Assembly (NCBI GenBank): GCA_016927815.1 | Contig: JAFGLY010000170.1 | Coordinates: forward strand, 4,740 to 68,739 | Length of the DNA stretch: 64,000 nt | Reading direction: 5' to 3' | Source of the DNA: Deltaproteobacteria bacterium | GTDB lineage: Bacteria > Myxococcota_A > UBA796 > JAFGLY01 | In this document: positions 41,939 to 50,514 of the stretch, in pieces | Layout of the letters: each line of letters opens with the position of its first letter | How positions within the stretch are numbered: position 1 is the stretch's first letter | Notes under the pieces: generated by a model | What the model was told of the DNA's origin: nothing | The model's input: the letters and a program-made list of their open reading frames with translations, nothing else | Database searches by the model: none | Position numbers and translations under genes: made by a program

Positions 41939-42502
41939 TCAGGCGTCTTGCGTGGGGCCCGATCGGCCCAGGCGGCTGGCCTCCTCCATCCGCGCCCACC
42001 AGTGGTCGGGGTCCTCGTTCTCCTGCGGGTCGAGCAGGGGCACCGCGCAGCGGTCGTCCTCCAGCACCACCGCGGCGGGTCCGGTGGACACCCGTTCGTC
42101 CAGGAGGACGAGGCGACCGTCCGACAGGATCAGCCCGCAAAGCGCGTGGGTCGCGTCATCGAACATGAGGTCGCCGACGGTCCCGAGGGCCGTCCCATCG
42201 CGCGAGAGCACCTTGCTCCCCAGGTAGCGGCTCGCCCAGGCCCGGCCTTCCTCGGGGTTTCGGGCTGCCCCCGACCACACGACCTGAGACTCGGCGCGGA
42301 TGAAGACCACGTCACGACCGACCTTGTCGAGGTCTTCCGCCGCCACGCCGCCTGCACGGCCGAAGACGTGGAGGGGTTTCAGGCGGTATCCGAAGATGCG
42401 CCATGTCCGGATGTCGAACTGGAAGTCGTCGAACTTGCCGATCATCGCCCCCTCCTCGAGGGTGACGACCTGCCGGCCTCGGGTTGCTTCGTAGCGGTGC
42501 AT
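41939..42502 (-). CDS. PRC-barrel domain protein (two PRC-like modules)
   Basis: GRQVVTLEEGAMIGKFDDFQFD and LGSKVLSRDGTALGTVGDLMFDDATHALCGLIL. ATG at 42502 preceded by GGGAGG. The track TTG at 42514 is rejected. Confidence 0.6.
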   Translation of the reverse strand: MHRYEATRGRQVVTLEEGAMIGKFDDFQFDIRTWRIFGYRLKPLHVFGRAGGVAAEDLDKVGRDVVFIRAESQVVWSGAARNPEEGRAWASRYLGSKVLSRDGTALGTVGDLMFDDATHALCGLILSDGRLVLLDERVSTGPAAVVLEDDRCAVPLLDPQENEDPDHWWARMEEASRLGRSGPTQDA

Positions 42503-42592
42503 GGGACCTCCCAAGACGGGATCCAGGTCCTATCACGGAACCTTCCGAGGGACCGCGCCGAGCGGCCCGGCCGGCGGGATAGGCCGTCCCGG

Positions 42593-43627
42593 ATGTGTGC
42601 GCACCCGTCCGATCCCGGTGGCGACATCCTCGACCTCGCCCACCTGCCGGTCGAGGAGGAGGCCGAGGTCAAGCGCCTGAGGGTGGAGCGCGCGCTGGCG
42701 GCCATGGGGATCCGGGCGGAGGTCCCGGCACCGCCGCCGCCGCCGGTGCGGGAGGGCGCACGGGCCCGCATCCGCCTCCACGTGGGACGGGGTGGACGTC
42801 TCGTGATGTTCCGGCGCCGCACCCACGAAACCGTCTCCCCGCCCCTCGACCGGATGGCTCGGCCCCGTGTGGCGACCGCGGCTCGTGGGCTCGAGGAGGG
42901 CCTGTCCGCGCTGCCCGAGATGGAGGGGGGCCAGGTGGAGGTCCGGGCCGATGCACATCACGCGGTGGCCGTCCTGTACCCTCTGGCCGCTCGCCGGATC
43001 CGGCAGGCCGCCGACCTGGCTCGCCCGATGGGGCCGGCCGGAGCCGTCGCCCTGAGAGACCGCGCCGTCGTGGGCGATCCGCGCGTGGAGTTCCGGGTGG
43101 CCGGGCTCGCCCTCCGGTTCGGCCCGGTGACGTTCTTCCAGGTCCACCCGGAGGCCAACGACCGGCTCGTGGCCGATGTCGTGGCTCGGATCCTCGCGCT
43201 CGGGCCCGCCCGTGTCCTCGATCTCTTCGGCGGGGCTGGAAACTTTTCGCTCCCGCTGGCCGCTGCCGGGACCCAGGTGGAACTGGTCGAGGCCTCGGGT
43301 CCGGCGGTGTCCGACGCCCGGCAGAACGCCGCGCGCCTGGGCCTCGACGTCCAGGTGGTCCGCTGGGATGCCACCCGCTTCGACCCGGGCAGATCGTTCT
43401 TCGACGTGGCCGTGCTCGACCCCCCGCGGAGCGGCGGTGGCGAGACTTTGGCCAGAGTCCTCGTGACCCGTCCTCGCGCCGTGGTGCTGGTGTCCTGCCA
43501 CCCGCCGTCCCTGGCCCGCGACCTCCGGGTCGCCTCGGATCGGGGCTACCGCGTCGAGGACCTCCGCCTGCACGATCTCTTTCCCCTCACCTCCCACGTC
43601 GAGGTGGTGGCCACCCTGCGTCGATAG
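42593..43627 (+). CDS. SAM-dependent RNA (uracil-5)-methyltransferase, TrmA/RlmC/RlmD family, without TRAM domain or Fe-S cysteines
   Basis: FFQVHPEAN, LDLFGGAGNFSLPLA, VLDPPRSG, catalytic VLVSCHPPSLARD, DLFPLTSHVEVV. ATG at 42593. The track extension to 41948 is rejected. Confidence 0.75.
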   Translation: MCAHPSDPGGDILDLAHLPVEEEAEVKRLRVERALAAMGIRAEVPAPPPPPVREGARARIRLHVGRGGRLVMFRRRTHETVSPPLDRMARPRVATAARGLEEGLSALPEMEGGQVEVRADAHHAVAVLYPLAARRIRQAADLARPMGPAGAVALRDRAVVGDPRVEFRVAGLALRFGPVTFFQVHPEANDRLVADVVARILALGPARVLDLFGGAGNFSLPLAAAGTQVELVEASGPAVSDARQNAARLGLDVQVVRWDATRFDPGRSFFDVAVLDPPRSGGGETLARVLVTRPRAVVLVSCHPPSLARDLRVASDRGYRVEDLRLHDLFPLTSHVEVVATLRR

Positions 43628-43648
43628 CGACCCTGCCGTGCGGATCCG

Positions 43649-44437
43649 TCAGGGGACCGGTGCGGCGGGAGTCTCGTCCCTGCGGGTCCGACGCCATCCC
43701 ACGAGCGCGAGCCCTACGGCTACCAGCACGATGCAGCCGTACTGGGCCGGGGTGAGCCCGGCGTAGCGGAGGTCGGAGCCGGCCAGGTCTTCGGCTCGGA
43801 GGAAGTCGAGGAGGAAGCGTGCCGGTCCGTACAGGAAGCACCAGAGGAGGATGAAGGTGGCCTCGGCCCGCTCCCGCCGTCCCACCACCCAGAAGACGAT
43901 GGCGATGCCCAGCGTCAGGATCGCCTCGTACAACCCGAGGTCGTGGCGGGGTCCGATCTCGGGGAAGCGGATGGCGAGCGGGAACGTGGACAGGCGCCCG
44001 AGATGGTCGTGGACCGACGCGCACCCGAGCCGCCCGAAGAACCAGCCGAACGGCAGGCCGTACATGATGACGTCGGCGTGGGGCCAGAACGGGCGCTTCC
44101 TCAGGACGCGGTAGAACAGCACCACCCCCAGGAGCGCACCCAGGAAGCCTCCGAACGAGGAGAAGCCGGCCCACAGCTTCAGCAGGACGATCGGGCCCTG
44201 CTCGCGGAGCTGCTCCGGGTGGTAGGCCAGCACGTGGACGAGGTGGCCCACGAGGAAGCCGAACCCGACGGTGAACACCACGCCATCCACCACGTCGCGT
44301 ACGTCCAGCCCGAGGCGGCGGCCGCGGGCACGCGCCACTTCCATCCCGACCACGAAGCCCACGCACACGAAGGCTGCCCACGGATCGATGGGAATCGGGC
44401 CGAGGTCGATGACCGGTATGCGGTAGTAGGGAATCAC
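43649..44437 (-). CDS. lgt: Prolipoprotein diacylglyceryl transferase
   Basis: FGWFFGRLGC, HDLGLYEAIL, YGPARFLLDFLR, GLTPAQY. Polytopic. 262 aa. Confidence 0.9.
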   Translation of the reverse strand: MIPYYRIPVIDLGPIPIDPWAAFVCVGFVVGMEVARARGRRLGLDVRDVVDGVVFTVGFGFLVGHLVHVLAYHPEQLREQGPIVLLKLWAGFSSFGGFLGALLGVVLFYRVLRKRPFWPHADVIMYGLPFGWFFGRLGCASVHDHLGRLSTFPLAIRFPEIGPRHDLGLYEAILTLGIAIVFWVVGRRERAEATFILLWCFLYGPARFLLDFLRAEDLAGSDLRYAGLTPAQYGCIVLVAVGLALVGWRRTRRDETPAAPVP

Positions 44438-44481
44438 GGTGCCTCCCTCGGGCGTGGTATCCTGTAGGACGAGGGTGCGAC

Positions 44482-44934
44482 ATGCCCGTCATCACACACG
44501 ACGTCACCATCGGGGGCCTGCGCCGCGACGCGGTCTACGCGTGGCTGGGCGAGCCCGGGAACCACCTGCATCTCCTCGAGGGGGCGTTCCGACACGTGCA
44601 GCCCCGAGGCGTGGGGGTCTTCGAGATCGAGATCGGAATCCCGATGGCCGGGGGCCGCCTCACGTACGAGATCGCCGGCCAGGACGGCAGCCACGGCGGG
44701 CGTCGTGTCCACGTGCGCCTCACGGGACCCCGGATCACCGGAAGGCTCCACTGGTCCCTCCGGACCGCCAAGCCCTCCACGGACACGCTGGTCACGCTCC
44801 ACGTGGACTACGAGCCCACCGGATCGCTCTGGCGCGTGGCGGACGCGCTGCTCATGCGCCGGCGACTGGAGGAGGCCTGGCAACGGATGGCCGACGGCCT
44901 CGCGGCCGCCCTCCAGGCCCACCCGCCCGAGTAG
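44482..44934 (+). CDS. SRPBCC (START/polyketide cyclase-like) superfamily protein
   Basis: 150 aa with a beta-rich core and a long C-terminal helix (LWRVADALLMRRRLEEAWQRMADGLAAAL). The fold call is by pattern only. Confidence 0.5.
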   Translation: MPVITHDVTIGGLRRDAVYAWLGEPGNHLHLLEGAFRHVQPRGVGVFEIEIGIPMAGGRLTYEIAGQDGSHGGRRVHVRLTGPRITGRLHWSLRTAKPSTDTLVTLHVDYEPTGSLWRVADALLMRRRLEEAWQRMADGLAAALQAHPPE

Positions 44935-44966
44935 GTCGGCTCGTCCCAGGACCGCGAGGCGGGTCG

Positions 44967-45533
44967 TCACCGGAACCGGATCCCGGCCAGCAGGGCCGCC
45001 GTGGCCTCCCGGGCCTCCACGAGGCGACCCGCAGGCACGGTCGACTCCACGTGGTAGGCGATGCCGCCCAGCACGGTGAAGGTGTCGAGCACGAGGTCCC
45101 CGGACGGATCGTCGGGCACGCAGGTGGCGACTCCCACGGGGCCCGGGATGCGCAGGTCTCCGAAGGCGCCGTCGGCCTCGAAGGTCCAGGTGCAGCCCTG
45201 GCGGGGGCGAGGTCCGGACGCGTCCTCCCGGAAGACCCAGACCTGGGCAGCCGTCCCCGTGGCCACGTGGCGCGCCTCCAACCGGAGCATGCCGTCCGCG
45301 GCTCCGGGCGCGAGGGTCCAGCCCTCCGGGGCCGTGACCGAGAAGGGGTAGGAGCCGTCCTCGTACACGCCCTCCCTCACGGTGCCCGCCGGGGAGATGG
45401 CCACGGTCTCCTCGGCCACCGGGGGCAGGGAGGCCGGCGGAAGGGGCAACGTGCCGCCCGGACACCCGGTCAGGCACGAGAGTGCGCTGCCTGCGAAGAG
45501 GAGGTTACGTGTCCTCCCGGAGGAACCTGACAT
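44967..45533 (-). CDS. Putative lipoprotein (188 aa)
   Basis: MSGSSGRTRNLLFAGSALSCLTGC signal plus lipobox if ATG 45533 is used. The track ORF extends to 45656 but that N-terminus has no signal peptide. Confidence 0.55.
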   Translation of the reverse strand: MSGSSGRTRNLLFAGSALSCLTGCPGGTLPLPPASLPPVAEETVAISPAGTVREGVYEDGSYPFSVTAPEGWTLAPGAADGMLRLEARHVATGTAAQVWVFREDASGPRPRQGCTWTFEADGAFGDLRIPGPVGVATCVPDDPSGDLVLDTFTVLGGIAYHVESTVPAGRLVEAREATAALLAGIRFR

Positions 45534-46008
45534 GCGCTTCCTGCTTCCCCTGCTCGCCCTTTCCGCCTGTGGAGGCGCCGGAGCCAACCTGGAAGGATCG
45601 GTCGGCGGCATCGATTTCGAAGACGTGAACGTGGTGTTCTTCGGAGGGCCCTTCATCTTCTTCTCGAACGTGACCTGGAGCTGCCTGGACGTCTACTGGG
45701 TCTCCCGAACCTACAACGAGGGATCCGAGGTCGCCGACGGGCGGGACTTCAGCGCAATCCAGTTCGCGTACTCGGATCCCGAGGTGGCGGAGGGCCTGTG
45801 GAACGTGGCCGGCGAGGCTGCGGTGTCCTCGGCCTTCTTGAGCCAGCAGGGCGGGGCGCTCCGCGTCTGGGAGGGCCGCGGCGGGAGCCTGGACGTGGTG
45901 TCGGTGGACGACGACTTCGTGGATGGAAGCTTCAACATCACCTTCGAGGCCGGGGCCGTGTCGGGGACGTTCACGGCCGAGTGGTGCCGGAACCTCAAGG
46001 ACAACTAG
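45532..46008 (+). CDS. Putative lipoprotein (158 aa)
   Basis: ATG at 45532 preceded by CGGAGGAACCTGAC. MRFLLPLLALSACGG lipobox. The stop overlaps the fumarase stop (CTAG). Confidence 0.65.
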   Translation: MRFLLPLLALSACGGAGANLEGSVGGIDFEDVNVVFFGGPFIFFSNVTWSCLDVYWVSRTYNEGSEVADGRDFSAIQFAYSDPEVAEGLWNVAGEAAVSSAFLSQQGGALRVWEGRGGSLDVVSVDDDFVDGSFNITFEAGAVSGTFTAEWCRNLKDN

Positions 46009-47555
46009 AACACAGGATCGGCAAGCGCTTTCAGCCGATCGAGCGAGGCCGTCTCCACCTCGGCGTGCAGGCTCTGGCCGTGGCTGTCCATGGTGACGAA
46101 GACCGGGAAATCCCGGACCTCGAAGTGCCACATCGCCTCGGGGATGCCGAACTCGAGACAGTGGACGCCTTGGACGGCGCGAACGCGACGGGCGTAGTAC
46201 TGGGCCGCGCCTCCCACGGCCACCGCGTACACCGCTCCGACGTCCTGCAGGCCCCGAAGGGTCCGGGCGCCCATGCCCCCCTTGCCGATGACCACGCGGA
46301 ATCCCGTTTTTCGTAGGATGTCCGCCTGGTAGGGCTCCTCGCGGATCGAGGTGGTGGGGCCTGCAGCCATCACGCGCCAGGTGTCGCCCTCCTTCAACAT
46401 GACCGGCCCGCAGTGGTAGATCGCGCTGCCACGGACGTCCACGGGCAGATCCTCCTTGAGGAAGTGGGCGTGGAACCGGTCGCGACCGAGGTGGAGGGTC
46501 CCGTCGAGCAGGACCACGTCCCCGACGCGGAGGCTCCGGGCCTCCTCCTCCGAGATGGGGAGGCGGAGCCGCCGGACGGATCCATCGGAGAAGCCCCCCT
46601 CGTCCGAAGCGGTGGAGAGGACGTCGGGCGCGGCGGGATCGAGGTAGTCCCAGCCGAGGACGTCGAACGACTGCGCGTCGAGATGGACCGCCTGGCGGCG
46701 GAACGCCCAGCAGTTGTAGGCGACGGAGACGAAGAAGCAGGCGGGCAGACGGTTCCGGGCTCCCACCTTGCAGCCGAGCACGGTGATGTCTCCGCCGAAC
46801 CCCATGGTCCCGATGCCGAGGCGGTTGCCGGCCTCGAGGACGTAGGCTTCGAGGCGGGCGAGCGAGGGCTCGGGATTCACGTCGTTGAGAGGCCGGAAGA
46901 GCTGGGCCTTGGCGAGTTCGTGGGAGGAGGTGCGATCCCCCCCGATGCACACGCCGAGGAAGCCCGGCGAGCAGCCCTTGCCCTGGGCCTTCCAGAGCGC
47001 GTTAAGGACGCACTTGCGGACGCCGTCGAGGTCCCGGCCGGCCCGGCCCAGTCCCTCGAGCTCCGCCGGCAGCGAGTACTGGGTGCTCATGTTCTCGCAG
47101 CCGCCCCCCTTGAGGAGGAGCCGGACCCGAACGTGGGGTTCCTGCCAGGTGTGCACGTGGATCACGGGGTAGCCGGTGCCCGCGTTGCCCTGGTTCTCTC
47201 CGGTGAGGGAGTCCACCGAGTTGCGGCGCAGGATCCCAGCCTCGGTCGCCCGAGCGAGCGCGCGGTGAATGCAGGCTTCGGCTTCCAGCGCATCGAACCC
47301 CAAGGGCGCGTGGATCTCGAACGTGGGCATGCCGGTGTCCTGGCAGATGGCCGCGACGTCCCGGCGGGCCATGTCCACGTTGATCGCCACGGTCTGGAGC
47401 GCGATGGCGCTGCGCGTGGCTGCATCCTCTCGGGCCCGGCCCTCGGCCAGGGCGCGCATCGCGTCATCGGGCAGCCGGCTGGAGGTGCGTTCCACCAGTT
47501 CGACCATCCGCTCTTCGAATGCCTGCATCGGATCCTCCTCGTGGATTCGGCTCAT
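46005..47555 (-). CDS. fumA: Class I (Fe-S) fumarate hydratase, fused alpha/beta
   Basis: ICQDTGMPTF, GCENMSTQYSLPA, C-terminal beta-domain GKGGMGARTL. 516 aa. The start overlaps the upstream stop (ATGA). Confidence 0.9.
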   Translation of the reverse strand: MSRIHEEDPMQAFEERMVELVERTSSRLPDDAMRALAEGRAREDAATRSAIALQTVAINVDMARRDVAAICQDTGMPTFEIHAPLGFDALEAEACIHRALARATEAGILRRNSVDSLTGENQGNAGTGYPVIHVHTWQEPHVRVRLLLKGGGCENMSTQYSLPAELEGLGRAGRDLDGVRKCVLNALWKAQGKGCSPGFLGVCIGGDRTSSHELAKAQLFRPLNDVNPEPSLARLEAYVLEAGNRLGIGTMGFGGDITVLGCKVGARNRLPACFFVSVAYNCWAFRRQAVHLDAQSFDVLGWDYLDPAAPDVLSTASDEGGFSDGSVRRLRLPISEEEARSLRVGDVVLLDGTLHLGRDRFHAHFLKEDLPVDVRGSAIYHCGPVMLKEGDTWRVMAAGPTTSIREEPYQADILRKTGFRVVIGKGGMGARTLRGLQDVGAVYAVAVGGAAQYYARRVRAVQGVHCLEFGIPEAMWHFEVRDFPVFVTMDSHGQSLHAEVETASLDRLKALADPVF

Positions 47556-48931
47556 GGAGAACAGGGATCGTTGGGTGCGCCCGGCGTGCCGAGGTCACCG
47601 TCGCCATAGGGGCTCACCGCCGCGCACCAGCGATGGCCGTCGTCGTTGAGGGCCGCATCCATGGCCTCCGGGTCGAGGCTCATCGAGGCGCCATCGAGTG
47701 CGGGAAAGGCCCCCCCGTCGTCCCAGGCCACCTCGTCCACCACGGTGTCGCCGAACCCGAGGACGAGCGTGTCGGCGCCGTTGGCCAGGGCGCATTCGCT
47801 GTAGCCGTAGGCGGCATCGAGCGAGACCCCGCCGTTCTCCCAGGGGAAGGGATCGGGGCCGAGGACGGCATGCTCCTCGGGTGCGAGGACGAGACTCTCC
47901 CGGATGGCGAACGCCGGATAGCCGTCGGCGTCGGTGACCTCCAGGCCCACCAGGTCCACGGGGACCTCGAGAGCGCTGGAGATCTCGAACCACTCGCCGA
48001 CATCGTCCGGAACGCTCTCGGGATTCCGCATGACCTCGCTCACCACGAGGTCGCCGGGCACGAGATCCCAGGCGCACAGATCCGCCCGGCAGTCCCATGG
48101 AGGCTCGGAGTAGTCCTGGAGGTCGTCGCTGGAACGGGGCTCGAGGGCGAACTCGGCCCCGGTCCAGTACAGCAGGCCCCGCAGCGCGAAGAGGGTGGCA
48201 CCCGTGACGGTGGTGGTGGAGACGTAGAGGTCGTCCACGAGGACCCCTCCGTCTATCCTCCACTCCCCCTTCCCACCCTTCGTGACCTCGGGGCTCTGCA
48301 CCTGAAGGAGCATGCCCTCGTAGGGTTCCGCCGCGTCGGGGTCCGCGAGCCGGGCCACGTCCACTGTCTGCGGGGCGGGGACCTCGGCTTCTCCCGTGAC
48401 GGTCACGACGTCGGCCTCCAACTGGGTGAGCGTGCCGTCCTTGCGCGACGCCGCGTACTCAGCGGTGATCCCGTGCAGCGTGACCTCGAGGCCCTCGGAC
48501 ACCGTGACGCCCACGCGCTCGGGCGAGGCGTGGATCCAGAGCCCGGCGTACGAGGTGCCGCCGTCGGGGTCGGCCACGTGGAACCCCAAGGGGATGTGGC
48601 CGCCGACGACCACGACCCCGGCCACCCGAACCCGGGTGCCTGCGGCCACGCTGCCATCCTGGATCTCCCGGATCGTGGCCTCCAGGTCCACGTCGGTGTC
48701 GGTGTCGGCGTCGGCGTCGGTGTCGGTGTCCGCGGCGGTCTCCTCGATCGGGGCGCTGTCGTCCGGGAGAGGATGCGCGCTGTCCTGCGGATCGCTGCAC
48801 CCGGCCGCGGCGCAGACGAGGATCAGACCGAAGCGGGGCGCGGCGCGGCGGTGCCCCTGCGGCGTTCCCGAGGGCCGTACGGACCGAGGTTCCGTGCCGC
48901 TACCGGGGCTCCACGAGGTGCCGGGATCCAC
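47552..48931 (-). CDS. Lipoprotein with OB-like N-terminal region and C-terminal lamin-tail domain (LTD)
   Basis: Lipobox LVCAAAGC. Acidic (TD/AD)n linker. LTD pattern LVVSEVMRNPESVPDDVGEWFEI...NGADTLVLGFGDTVVDEVAWDD...GASMSLDP. GTG at 48931. Confidence 0.7.
   Translation of the reverse strand: MDPGTSWSPGSGTEPRSVRPSGTPQGHRRAAPRFGLILVCAAAGCSDPQDSAHPLPDDSAPIEETAADTDTDADADTDTDVDLEATIREIQDGSVAAGTRVRVAGVVVVGGHIPLGFHVADPDGGTSYAGLWIHASPERVGVTVSEGLEVTLHGITAEYAASRKDGTLTQLEADVVTVTGEAEVPAPQTVDVARLADPDAAEPYEGMLLQVQSPEVTKGGKGEWRIDGGVLVDDLYVSTTTVTGATLFALRGLLYWTGAEFALEPRSSDDLQDYSEPPWDCRADLCAWDLVPGDLVVSEVMRNPESVPDDVGEWFEISSALEVPVDLVGLEVTDADGYPAFAIRESLVLAPEEHAVLGPDPFPWENGGVSLDAAYGYSECALANGADTLVLGFGDTVVDEVAWDDGGAFPALDGASMSLDPEAMDAALNDDGHRWCAAVSPYGDGDLGTPGAPNDPCSP
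48692..48733 (-). repeat. Seven tandem hexamers GTCGGY (+ strand) encoding DTDTDADADTDTDV
   Basis: Read directly: GTCGGT GTCGGT GTCGGC GTCGGC GTCGGT GTCGGT GTCCGC. Confidence 0.85.
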
Positions 48932-48944
48932 CGCGGAGGATCCC

Positions 48945-49754
48945 CTATCGCCCGGCCAGGAGGGTCCGGGCGTCGGCGAACCCGGCGATGAGGCGGCGTT
49001 CGCCGGTATCGAGCCACAAGAGGTAGTCCTGGGCCTTCGTGACCACGTGCGCGACCGAGAGCCGGTTCTCCGGGACCTGGTCCAGCGCGTCGAGCACCGC
49101 AGCGGCGGCCACCGCCGAGTCCAGCCGGCCTTCTGAAGCGAACCGTGTCCGGTGGGCCTTCCAGAGCGCCTTGAGCACCTGCCGAGGCTCAGCCCGCACG
49201 CAGTTGGCCACCCGGTAGTCGGACAGTCCCTTCACCTTCCCGGTGAGCATCTCCTGGACCTCGCCCACCGACGTGCCGGCGGGTGTGCTGGCGGGGCGGG
49301 GTGTGGGAGGAGCGGGGCGATGGGCCATGTCGGCCAGTACCTCCTCGGCGGTCCGTGGACGCAGGTCGCGTCGGGCCAGTTCCTCGAGGCGGGTGCCCGA
49401 GCGGCCCGCGGGCTCGACGACCGGGGAGGGCTCGGGGGGGGTGCGCGTCTTCCTGGGGGCGGAGCCCGGGGGACCGGCCCGAGCGGCAGCGGTCCGTGCG
49501 AGGATGCGAGCCAGGGCGACCGGATCCACCGGAGGCGGCGTGGGGCCGGCAGGCGCGGGTGGAGCCACTCGGGACACCGGAGCGCGGGGTCCGCTGGTGG
49601 GCGCGCTGAAGAACGAATCCGTCGGTTCGAGCACGGGGGAGAACTCGGGCGAGCCGGTGTCGAGGGGCGTTCGCGCCACCTCCTCCGACGCTTCGGGCTC
49701 GGTCGGTTCGAAGAGGCTGGCGAGGGGATCGAAGCCCTTGGGACGGCTCGGCAT
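48945..49754 (-). CDS. Hypothetical protein: Pro-rich disordered N-terminal 160 aa plus ~100-aa C-terminal globular domain of unknown family
   Basis: Open frame with GC3-rich codon usage. The C-terminal EVQEMLTGKVKGLSDYRVANCVRAEPRQVLKALWKAHRTRF...YLLWLDTGERRLIAGF is not recognised. Confidence 0.5.
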   Translation of the reverse strand: MPSRPKGFDPLASLFEPTEPEASEEVARTPLDTGSPEFSPVLEPTDSFFSAPTSGPRAPVSRVAPPAPAGPTPPPVDPVALARILARTAAARAGPPGSAPRKTRTPPEPSPVVEPAGRSGTRLEELARRDLRPRTAEEVLADMAHRPAPPTPRPASTPAGTSVGEVQEMLTGKVKGLSDYRVANCVRAEPRQVLKALWKAHRTRFASEGRLDSAVAAAAVLDALDQVPENRLSVAHVVTKAQDYLLWLDTGERRLIAGFADARTLLAGR

Positions 49755-49803
49755 GGCGGAGGTCCTTCGTCTGGCGTCCGAATCAGGCGTTAACGTAGCC
49801 GGG

Positions 49804-50514
49804 ATGACGACGGGCGCGCCAGGACGGCCGGGTCTTTCGTTCGAATCGCTCTTGGGCGACGGGTGGCTGCCCCTGCTCGTGGCCCGTCACGGGAGGACCA
49901 CGGCGAACGCCGAACGACGCATGGTGGGCCGGCTCGATGTCCCTCTCGACGACCTGGGGCGTGCGCAGGCCCGAGCGCTCGGCCGTCGCCTCGCGGGCGT
50001 CCCCTTCCAGGCGGCCTGCTCCAGCCCGCTCGCCCGGGCTCGGGAAACGCTGGACCTGGTGCTGGACGAGGCGGATCTGGACCTCCCGATCCGGATCGTG
50101 GCCGATCTGGCCGAATGGGACCAGGGGGTGCTCGAGGGTCGCCTGGAGCGCGACCTCGCCACCGGTCCGTTCGCGGCGATGCGCGAGGCCTGGAAGCAGG
50201 ATCCGGCGTCCATCGAGATCCCGGGCGCCGAGCCGCTTTCCGGCTGCCAGGCGCGTGTCCTGGCGGCGCTCGAGTCCATCGTCCGGATGCACGGCCCCCC
50301 CCGTCCCGTCCTGGTGGTGGGCCACCAGGTGGCCCTCGCGAGCGCGCTGTGCGGCCTCGTGGGCCGGCCGCTCTCCGATCTCCGCTCCTGGATCGCCTCC
50401 AACGCAGCCCTGCACGTGCTCGGGTGGCGGGAGGGGACGTGGCGGGTGGTCGTCTTCAACGACACGGAGCACCTTGCCACGCTCGATGGATCCGTCAGGC
50501 CCGGGGCCGCCTGA
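49804..50514 (+). CDS. Histidine phosphatase family protein (phosphoglycerate mutase-like)
   Basis: RHG motif LLVARHGRTTAN, SSPLARARET, VVGHQVAL. ATG at 49804. The track extension to 49243 is rejected. Confidence 0.8.
   Translation: MTTGAPGRPGLSFESLLGDGWLPLLVARHGRTTANAERRMVGRLDVPLDDLGRAQARALGRRLAGVPFQAACSSPLARARETLDLVLDEADLDLPIRIVADLAEWDQGVLEGRLERDLATGPFAAMREAWKQDPASIEIPGAEPLSGCQARVLAALESIVRMHGPPRPVLVVGHQVALASALCGLVGRPLSDLRSWIASNAALHVLGWREGTWRVVVFNDTEHLATLDGSVRPGAA

Noticed and set aside
46016-46044. Inverted repeat GATCGGC-N11-GCCGATC at the convergent lipoprotein/fumarase junction as a terminator.
   Set aside because: It lies inside the fumarase coding region (LDRLKALADPVF), has no U-tract, and its stem is short. 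It cannot be distinguished from chance palindromes.
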